NCBI GenBank assembly: GCA_002506535.1
Contig: DAXT01000001.1
Location: 24,165-88,164 of the forward strand
Direction of reading: 5' to 3'
From: Methanothrix harundinacea
GTDB lineage: Archaea; Halobacteriota; Methanosarcinia; Methanotrichales; Methanotrichaceae
Length of the DNA: 64,000 nucleotides
The notes beneath the pieces are model-generated. The model ran no database searches, was not told the origin of the DNA, and saw only the letters and a list, made by a program, of their open reading frames with translations. Positions 57,956-64,000 of the stretch are shown here, in pieces (the first letter of the stretch is position 1; each line of letters opens with the position of its first letter). Position numbers and translations under genes: made by a program.

Positions 57956-58781
57956 CTAATTTTCTTTCTGCATAATCCCCCAGCAGATCCTCTCTTTATC
58001 GTCGCGTCCGGGATATGCGGTTCCAGCGACTCCATCTATCTAGGAGGTCCGATCTACGAAATCTGTGAGGATCCCCCTATAATTTTCTTGGAGGAAAGAA
58101 ATGATTATATAGGTTCAGTATAAAAATGTTTGAGCATGGCGCGAAAACCCAAAGCAGATTTGGATCCTGTCGAAGAGGCGGCCGGAGAAGGGGCCGAGAA
58201 GGGGAAGAAGGGAAAGAAGGGGAAGACTGACGGCGAACCGAGAGCGTCGAAGGTTGTGGTCGTCAAGAGGTGAGGGTGGCCGATGGATCAAGACCACGGA
58301 TCAGATGGGATCCGGGATCAGGGCGCCCAGGGGTGCAAGAGGCGCGAGATATAATGCCGCAAAGCGGCAGGTTATGATCCTGGCAGGAGAGATCGCAGAA
58401 TTTCTGGTGGAGAGGAGGGTGCTTTTCGCCGGTCTGGCGGTCTGGCGCTAGCCATCGTTGATCAACAAAACCGGAAGACTTTTCGCCTTTGATGGCAAAG
58501 GGGATAGGCGGTGATCTCGGATGGCGTTGCATAAGAAGATCCTCAAGGTGCTGGCTCTGATCGGGATAAGCAAAATTATCGGGCTCATTAAAAAGAGGTA
58601 TAAGCGCCGCCGCTGACCCTCCGACCTTACTCCGGCCTTATCTTCTCCGGCCTTCCTCCTGCCGTCCATGGGACAAGACCGATAAATTTTTCACAGCCCT
58701 TGACAGCCTCTCCTAGGCAGAGGAAGGTGAGGAGGGCATAGAAGATGATTCTGAAACTGATTTTGCGGACGGTGGCCGGCG

Positions 58782-59438
58782 ATGGCGAGGATCGATGACC
58801 TATTGCAGGATCTGAAGAGCGGCGATCTCCGTGCCCGCACGATGGCGGCTTACGTCCTCGGCAGGATCGGCGACCCCGTCGCTACAGAGCCCCTCATAGA
58901 AGCCCTGAAGGACAGGGATGGGAGGGTCCGGGAGAGGGCCGTCTGGTCCCTGGGAAGGATAGGAGACCCGAGGGCGACTGAGCCGCTCATCGGTGCCCTG
59001 AAGGACGATGACTGGCGGGTCCGGGCGAGGGCGGCCTCTTCCCTCGGCAGGATCGGCGACCCGGGGGCGGCCGGTCATCTGATGGAGGCCCTCGTCGACG
59101 AGAAGAGAGGTGTGAGGTGGATGGCCGTCGAGGCCCTGGGAAGGGTAGGAGACCCCGGAGCCGTCGACGATCTCATCGGCGCCCTGGGGGACGCCGTATG
59201 GTCCGTCCGGTCGAGGGCCGCCTGGTCCCTCGGGAGGATTGGCGACCCGAAGGCCGTCGATCCGCTGATCGGCGCTCTGAAGGACGATCACGCTTATGTC
59301 CGCCGCAATGCCGTCATCGCCCTCTGCAGGATAGGGGATCTGAGAGCGAAAGCGCCCATCGCCGGGGCCCTCGACGATGTGGACAGGCTGGTCCGGGAGG
59401 CTGCTCGCGAGGCTCTGGAGAGGCTGGGGTCGGATTAG
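58782..59438 (+). CDS. HEAT-repeat (PBS-lyase-type) protein
   Basis: 218 aa with seven repeats of about 31 aa (VRxRAxWSLGRIGDPxAxEPLIxALKDxD). Confidence 0.85.
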   Translation: MARIDDLLQDLKSGDLRARTMAAYVLGRIGDPVATEPLIEALKDRDGRVRERAVWSLGRIGDPRATEPLIGALKDDDWRVRARAASSLGRIGDPGAAGHLMEALVDEKRGVRWMAVEALGRVGDPGAVDDLIGALGDAVWSVRSRAAWSLGRIGDPKAVDPLIGALKDDHAYVRRNAVIALCRIGDLRAKAPIAGALDDVDRLVREAAREALERLGSD

Positions 59439-59444
59439 CCCCAG

Positions 59445-59488
59445 CCCCTCCCCCCATCTCCGGTGGGAGACGGAGATGGGGAGGGGGG
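59445..59488 (+). terminator. Long GC-rich hairpin directly after the HEAT gene
   Basis: The arms are CCCCTCCCCCCATCTCCG and CGGAGATGGGGAGGGGGG (18 nt, near-perfect) around the 8-nt loop GTGGGAGA. The hairpin starts 7 nt after the stop. A role as a terminator is inferred. Confidence 0.35.
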
Positions 59489-59667
59489 CGGCGGCAGGAC
59501 GGGATCGGGACCGGGATCGGGACCGGGACTGCTAATTTCTTTTTAATCGCAATTCTTCGTCTGCGTTCCTTCTCGATCCTGAAAGACGACCCCCCCGGCG
59601 CGGCCGGGGGATCGCAAGAGGCCAGAGGGAGGGTACATTTGTCCCGAATTATTGAAATTATTGACGC

Positions 59668-59886
59668 CTAAACCGAGAGCCATTCCTCTCTCTTGATCCC
59701 TGCCTCCCGAAGGATGATAGCCAGAAGCTTGACACCGATCTTCCCGCCGTGAGGGTTTGGTATCGTGACGATGAGGTCTCCTCTGGCCATATAAGGATGC
59801 TTCGTTCCGGGATAGGGGCCCTCGAATCCGAGCTTTCGCAGCCGCCGGATCAGCTCTCTGGAAGAGACGGGCAACAGCTTAGACAA
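59668..59886 (-). CDS. hicA: HicA-family mRNA interferase toxin
   Basis: 72 aa; SSRELIRRLRKLGFEGPYPGTKHPYM...VTIPNPHGGKIGVKLLAIILREAGI is the YcfA/HicA pattern. Confidence 0.8.
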   Translation of the reverse strand: MSKLLPVSSRELIRRLRKLGFEGPYPGTKHPYMARGDLIVTIPNPHGGKIGVKLLAIILREAGIKREEWLSV

Positions 59887-60130
59887 CGGCTTCGGGCTCC
59901 GCTGATACCTCGATAGTCTTTCCGCCTATGGGGGGTATGGCCATCCCGAGCCTCAGCCGAAGGGCGATCCATCCTTCCAGAACCTCGATGAGGTTCGTCC
60001 GGCACTCCTCCACCGTCCCACCTACGGCGATGACCCCCCGAAGGCCGGGGACCGTGGCGCAGTGTTCGCCGTCTTCGATCGGCTCGTAGACAGCCCGGGC
60101 GAGGGCCGCCTGGATGTACTCTGAGAACAT
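59879..60130 (-). CDS. hicB: HicB-family antitoxin
   Basis: I chose the ATG at 60130 (MFSEYIQAALARAVYEPIEDGEHCATVPGLRGVIAVGGTVEECRTNLIEVLEGWI). The track ORF allows upstream starts at 60193 and 60205. It overlaps hicA by 8 nt. Confidence 0.75.
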   Translation of the reverse strand: MFSEYIQAALARAVYEPIEDGEHCATVPGLRGVIAVGGTVEECRTNLIEVLEGWIALRLRLGMAIPPIGGKTIEVSAEPEAVV

Positions 60131-60415
60131 AGCCTGATCCTTCTTATGGCCCCCCGCCAATTTATACCCTTTTCCCGGCCTGGGATCGACCATCTGATCC
60201 TCCATCTCCTTTCTTCCTTCTCGATCCCGGAGAACGAAGGGTGGCGGGAGAGACCGTCGAGGATATATCGAGTCGTTAATATATCATTAGAAATATACCC
60301 CATGCTGCGAAAGACCGACCGACTCACGCTCCCCACCCCGCCGATTGATGCCCTTCTACCGACCCGACATCGGCCCCCTCATCCTCCTCCTTTCCTTCTC
60401 GATCCCGAAAGACAA

Positions 60416-60441
60416 CCGCCCGGCGCGGAAGCGCCGGGCGG
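60416..60441 (-). terminator. Perfect 11-bp GC hairpin (CCGCCCGGCGC-GGAA-GCGCCGGGCGG), copy A
   Basis: Perfect palindrome with a GNRA-like loop. On the minus strand it follows the RM-tail fragment ORF and is followed by TTGTCTTTCGGG. Function is inferred. Confidence 0.4.
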
Positions 60442-60495
60442 CGCAGCGCCCAGGATAGGCCAGAAGGAAAGACGCCCGAAGCCAGGGCAACGCCT

Positions 60496-60681
60496 TCACC
60501 GGGCAGCCTCCTCCACGATGGCGACCTCCTCCTCCGAGAGGCCGTAAAGCTCGTAAACCAGGGCGTCGATCTGCCGGTCGGTGCCATCGATCTGCCGCGA
60601 GAGAAGGGTCTTCTCGTGGCCGGTCTTCGATGCGGAAAGCCGCCTGACAAAAGCGAGCATATGATCGGCGCGGACCACCAT
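60496..60681 (-). pseudogene. C-terminal fragment of a type IIG/IIL-class (Eco57I/MmeI/PglX-like) RM methyltransferase, copy A
   Basis: MVVRADHMLAFVRRLSASKTGHEKTLLSRQIDGTDRQIDALVYELYGLSEEEVAIVEEAAR*. The xDRQIDxLVYELYGLxEEE tail is the conserved extreme C-terminus of that enzyme class, and no catalytic body is present. Confidence 0.55.
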
Positions 60682-60870
60682 CGAAAGGTGGCGGGAGAGA
60701 CCGTCGAGGATATATCGAGTCTTTTAAATATCATTATAAATATACTCCAGGCGGCGAACGACCGCCCCGCCCGCCAGCCTCTCGCCCCCCTACCCGCCAA
60801 TTTAAGCCCTTCTATCGGCCCGACATCGGCCCCCTCATCCTCCTCCTTTCCTTCCCGATCCCGACGAACG

Positions 60871-60896
60871 ACCGCCCGGCGCGGAAGCGCCGGGCG
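60871..60896 (-). terminator. Perfect 11-bp GC hairpin, copy B
   Basis: Sequence identical to 60416-60441. Confidence 0.4.
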
Positions 60897-60951
60897 GCGC
60901 AAGGGTAAGGATAGGCCAGAAGAGAAGACGCGTGGGGCCAGTGCGGCGCCG

Positions 60952-61083
60952 TCACCGGGCGACCTCCTCCACGATGACGACCTCCTCTTCCGCCAGCCCG
61001 TAAAGCTCGTAAACCAGGGAGTCGATCTGCCGGTCGGTGCCATCGATCTGCCGCGAAAGGAGGGTCATCATCCACGGCTCCAT
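60952..61083 (-). pseudogene. C-terminal fragment of the RM methyltransferase tail, copy B
   Basis: Manual translation gives MEPWMMTLLSRQIDGTDRQIDSLVYELYGLAEEEVVIVEEVAR*. At 43 aa it is below the ORF-track cutoff. Confidence 0.5.
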
Positions 61084-61214
61084 CAAAGCCAGCAAAGTAG
61101 CTAGCTGAACAAAATGGGCTCAAAAAACACAAATATTGTGATTACACATTTATGATCACAATTAGGGGAATTAATGTGATCATGAATGTGAGTTTATATT
61201 TAGCGCACGTTTCA

Positions 61215-62942
61215 TCATCCATCGCAGTAAATGTATCGAGAACCACGCCCCTTGCCTACGAGTTCAACTTTTCCGGGATTTTCGTCTACAAGTTCCCTCA
61301 TTAAGCGGATAACCTGGTATCTACCTAAATGTGTGATCTGTCGAATTTCAGTATTTGAAAGCCCACTTTCGCCACGTTCAAATCTCTGCTTGAGAACGCT
61401 GAGTATCCTCGTCTTCGCTGCATCCCAGTCTATGCGCCGGTCTCTTTCTGGATGACCAGACGCCGAAAGCTTACGGTGCAAGTCAGAGCGTAATATCCAA
61501 TAGGTTCCACGACCAGATCCACCACGTTCAAGATAGTTTCGATTAAGTTCCATCTCACTGAGAGTTTCATGTGCTTGTTCCTCTGAACGCTGGCATATTC
61601 GAGCTGCTTCGATACTGCTCAGCTCAGCATGACGTAAAAGGTATTGAAGAATCAAAAGTTGATCAACCAAAAGACCTCTACCAATTTTGCTCTCTTCTTC
61701 AACGAAGGCGCGGAATGTTGTGGACAAGTCACCAGATAGTAATGTTACCCTCACCGACTCTCCCTGTTCTTCGATTAGGGGTGGCTCCTTTCCTTCAATC
61801 AGCATGTATTTGAACATGCGCGAAATTCCTAAGTTGCTACGGTTGACAAGGTGTAGCTTTGAAAGAGCATTTACTAAGTGAGGATTCCTAGACACTGGAT
61901 GATGATGTAATATATTTTTTGGAGTAATGCCGCCGATGAACCCACCTGGATTGCTGATTTCTAATTTGGAGGGGTATTGCTTGACTAGAATCGGTCCACC
62001 GATTCTATAGTCCGCATGACTAAAGGCGTTCATCAGAGCCTCACGAAGGGCGATTTCTGGATATGTACGATATTCGAAATGGAAAGGGCCGTACACTATA
62101 GTAGTGAGGGGGTTGTCTGCCATGATTCGATCGATTAAACGAGCCAACGCTATGGGCAACGCATCGCGACCGTCCATCCGATCCGAATAATCAGTATCAT
62201 CTTTCATTCGAAGATGAGTCCACACATAACCCGGAAGGTGCTCCTGAATTGATTCCCTCTTTCCGACAAGGAGCAGTCCGGACCTGGTTAAACATCCCTT
62301 CCGAAGAAGACCGATCGATTCTAAGAAATCAATATTATTTATCTGTAATAGTTCTTCAGGCGTATGACTTGCTCGCGCCACATCACGAAGATATTCCACA
62401 GCAGAAGCAGAAATATGTGAAGTAGGGTCACCCGGCACCTCGATTGCGGTGAAGTCTGTCTCGCCTGTTTCCACCATCACACGGCGTCGCATGGTTCCTG
62501 TGAGGGGTTGGCAATCCTTGCCGACGCGAATCTTGCCTTCTCCAGAAGTAGTTGTGTAAGGCGGAAGGCCCGGAAATACATACATTACCAAAAGACGACC
62601 AGTGCCTTCAGGCACTTCTAACTCTTCAAACTGAGGTGTAAGTCTTGGATCGGTGGAATCATAGACTGCTTTTTTTAGCTGGTTGATATCTATTTCAGCT
62701 GGGACACCAGAAATGGCGCGAGATCTTCCTACGACATTGTCGTTCACTCCAAATACGGTGGCCCCTCCACCCCCGTTTGCCATGCATACGGCCATATCTA
62801 CAACCATTTTCACTGATTGTTCTTTGCTATCGAAGATCCATCTCTTGAAGTCCAAGTCCTGATTTTCCAGCTCATCTGCAATTTTGGTATCCAACTCATC
62901 AAGAAGCATGGAAATCTCTTTTAGGCTACGCATTTTAATCAC
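61215..62942 (-). CDS. AlbA_2 (Schlafen-like) plus HATPase_c_4 ATP-binding protein with a C-terminal wHTH (RecG-like regulator family)
   Basis: 575 aa and AT-rich. N-terminal ENQDLDFKR...GGGATVFGV matches AlbA_2. EALMNAFSHADYRIGGPILVKQYPSKLEISNPGG matches the HATPase_c_4 core. The C-terminus is wHTH-like. Confidence 0.7.
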   Translation of the reverse strand: MIKMRSLKEISMLLDELDTKIADELENQDLDFKRWIFDSKEQSVKMVVDMAVCMANGGGGATVFGVNDNVVGRSRAISGVPAEIDINQLKKAVYDSTDPRLTPQFEELEVPEGTGRLLVMYVFPGLPPYTTTSGEGKIRVGKDCQPLTGTMRRRVMVETGETDFTAIEVPGDPTSHISASAVEYLRDVARASHTPEELLQINNIDFLESIGLLRKGCLTRSGLLLVGKRESIQEHLPGYVWTHLRMKDDTDYSDRMDGRDALPIALARLIDRIMADNPLTTIVYGPFHFEYRTYPEIALREALMNAFSHADYRIGGPILVKQYPSKLEISNPGGFIGGITPKNILHHHPVSRNPHLVNALSKLHLVNRSNLGISRMFKYMLIEGKEPPLIEEQGESVRVTLLSGDLSTTFRAFVEEESKIGRGLLVDQLLILQYLLRHAELSSIEAARICQRSEEQAHETLSEMELNRNYLERGGSGRGTYWILRSDLHRKLSASGHPERDRRIDWDAAKTRILSVLKQRFERGESGLSNTEIRQITHLGRYQVIRLMRELVDENPGKVELVGKGRGSRYIYCDG

Positions 62943-62985
62943 ATCTTATACTTTTTAATATTATATATATCTTGGGTTTGGGGCT

Positions 62986-63075
62986 CACGCCTTCGCTTCC
63001 TCCACGATCTCGATCTCCTCCTCCGAGAGGCCGTAAAGCTCGGAGATAGGGGGCATCGATCCGCTGATCCGACAT
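62986..63075 (-). pseudogene. Third, frameshifted remnant of the RM-methyltransferase C-terminal tail
   Basis: The minus strand reads MSDQRIDAP, then after a 1-nt shift ISELYGLSEEEIEIVEEAKA*. Confidence 0.45.
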
Positions 63076-63115
63076 CACCTTTTTACGCAATTCTACCGGC
63101 CAGGTATCGGCTCTT

Positions 63116-64000
63116 TTAGAGCCTCCATAGCTCACTTAAGATCTCTATTAAATGTTCTTGCCTTTTTTCAATAACTTCTGGGGTCCACTCTTGTTCTTGC
63201 AGAACCTGTGTAGTTAAAACGAAAGGTGAAATCCCTTTATCGGTGGCGAAGTATTGTCGTTTTTTCTTATCGAAATCATAGTTTCGTGCTTGGCTGTTTT
63301 TCTTGCGAGATAGCAATACCAAATTGCCTAGCTTATGAACGAACATTTCTCTGTCTTCTTTTTCAGGAAAGTGTTTAGTCCAATAGCTTCCATCACTGGG
63401 GTTTTGCGGCAATACATGCTCAATTGTTATTAATGGATACTCATAAGATGCGTTACCGTCAGAGAGAGCGGCATCTAATCTGAGAAGAACATACCGGGGT
63501 ACATTCTTGGATAAATAAATATTTCCATCCAATACATTTAAGATCTCACTTCTCTCCTGAGGTGTAATCTGCAGCGGAGAGCTTGATGTATTGAGATCAT
63601 CTCCAGCATCGATATAAGTCAAAAGCCTACCATACCGATCAAGACGTTGGTTGATATTTGCACGCAGAATCATTAAACTTGCCGCAAGACGTTCTAAGTC
63701 TGTGAAGAAATCGAATAACATATTTGGTTTATCTTTATTCTTTGAGAAATAGAGTACCGCAGGAGGTATCCAATCAACATTGTCTATTCGATTCAACCAA
63801 GATAATAGAGCGTTTACTTCCTCTGCATGTTTATAGCTCTGATACGATGAATTCTTAATAACATCGAAAGCATTGGCATACGGGATTAATACATTATCTA
63901 TAAAATTCTTAGAATCTTTGGTCGGATTTACATACTGGCGGAACTCTTTAAGGATCGTATCTTTTGGTTTAGTTTTTCGATGAATCATTCTGATATGAGC
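63116..64000 (-). CDS. GmrSD-like type IV restriction nuclease, C-terminal (DUF1524 His-Me finger) part; continues past the window end
   Basis: ITIEHVLPQNPS...HKLGNLVLLSRKKNSQARNYDFDKK is the DUF1524 signature. The frame is still open at 64000 upstream of the track's ATG (63988), so the N-terminal DUF262-type domain is probably outside the window. Confidence 0.7.
   Translation of the reverse strand, partial: AHIRMIHRKTKPKDTILKEFRQYVNPTKDSKNFIDNVLIPYANAFDVIKNSSYQSYKHAEEVNALLSWLNRIDNVDWIPPAVLYFSKNKDKPNMLFDFFTDLERLAASLMILRANINQRLDRYGRLLTYIDAGDDLNTSSSPLQITPQERSEILNVLDGNIYLSKNVPRYVLLRLDAALSDGNASYEYPLITIEHVLPQNPSDGSYWTKHFPEKEDREMFVHKLGNLVLLSRKKNSQARNYDFDKKKRQYFATDKGISPFVLTTQVLQEQEWTPEVIEKRQEHLIEILSELWRL

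Larger units (their letters stand above)
60237..61066. repeat. Two-copy tandem direct duplication (period 448 bp)
   Basis: Copy A (60237-60610) and copy B (60685-61066) align by eye along their length. Both start aaggtggcgggagagaccgtcgaggatatatcgagtc and both end ccgtaaagctcgtaaaccaggg.gtcgatctgccggtcggtgccatcgatctgccgcga. A 74-bp unique spacer separates them. Confidence 0.85.

Noticed and set aside
58254-58669. ORFs of 60-89 aa on both strands (58254-58451+, 58263-58532-, 58448-58669-, 58115-58297-).
   Set aside because: They overlap one another, have no motifs or sensible start context, and have low-complexity composition. Only the two shorter ORFs with plausible RBS or promoter context were kept, as low-confidence observations.
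60324-61043. A 239-aa minus-strand ORF spanning the tandem duplication.
   Set aside because: Its translation is Arg/Pro/Gly-rich and internally duplicated only because the DNA is duplicated. It is out of frame with the recognisable RM-tail fragments, so it is most likely non-coding.
60237-61066. A possible CRISPR array or integron cassette array (attC-like hairpins) in the repeated region. The 12-nt array at 38725-38808 was also considered as a CRISPR-like repeat.
   Set aside because: - There are only two long (about 375 bp) units with homologous internal sequence, not short repeats with unique spacers.
- The hairpins are perfect GC palindromes lacking attC features (R/L boxes, extrahelical bases, GTTRRRY).
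- No integrase or cas genes are present.
- The 12-nt units are contiguous and have no spacers.
61137-61183. TGTGAT-containing inverted repeats as terminal inverted repeats of an IS or MITE.
   Set aside because: Only one such cluster is seen, with no matching partner end or transposase. They could equally be a terminator or operator downstream of the AlbA_2 gene, so they are mentioned only as a landmark of the composition break.
57956-64000. A tRNA-Phe 3'-end direct repeat (att site) or an integrase marking an integrated element.
   Set aside because: Reading through, I found no partial copy of the tRNA-Phe or tRNA-Val 3' half and no integrase or transposase-like ORF inside the window. The island's mobility remains unsupported.

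Overview
This window looks like a high-GC euryarchaeal chromosome, probably from a methanogen. Supporting evidence is aEF-1alpha/aEF-2/S10, an archaeal-type SRP RNA, archaeal riboflavin synthase, a beta-RFAP-synthase-like gene, CooC and NreA. A Methanothrix/Methanosarcinales-like origin is only a guess.

The backbone is ordinary housekeeping: ahcY, gatCAB, the translation-factor cluster, lysC, purM, nrdJ, ribC, msrB, hisI, pyrH, adk, glyS, carAB and three tRNAs. Several visibly AT-rich patches interrupt it and carry the accessory content:
- about 6.9-11.15 kb
- about 27.95-28.4 kb
- about 29.5-35.3 kb
- about 44.75-47.7 kb
- about 61.1 kb to the window end

The most interesting locus is a translationally coupled gene pair at 44742-47641 on the minus strand. 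A 133-aa helical protein ends in a Gly/Asn/Gln-rich motif (FDQRGQNVGSQTNIG...). The same motif recurs at the extreme N-terminus of the downstream NB-ARC/TPR STAND NTPase (FDQKGQSVKEQINI...). This architecture resembles NLR-to-effector amyloid signalling pairs (fungal HET-S/NWD2, bacterial Bell/BASS), here in an archaeon.

Other notable items:
- a 1313-aa membrane-anchored TolB-N-like/TPR protein on an AT-rich island, next to a mixed MNT/HicB pair
- a 1470-aa SdrD-B/vWA surface protein with a PGF-CTERM-like tail plus a membrane partner
- a CooC gene whose P-loop lies upstream of any canonical start codon
- a duplicated nreA 3' fragment flanking a small ORF
- a degenerate 12-nt periodic array next to the SRP RNA gene
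- a tRNA-proximal region with hicAB, a 448-bp-period tandem duplication, three decayed copies of a restriction-modification C-terminal tail, an AlbA_2/Schlafen-like ATPase and a GmrSD-like nuclease

I found no CRISPR array, transposase or integrase. Every call comes from reading the sequence and the ORF translations; no database search was run.
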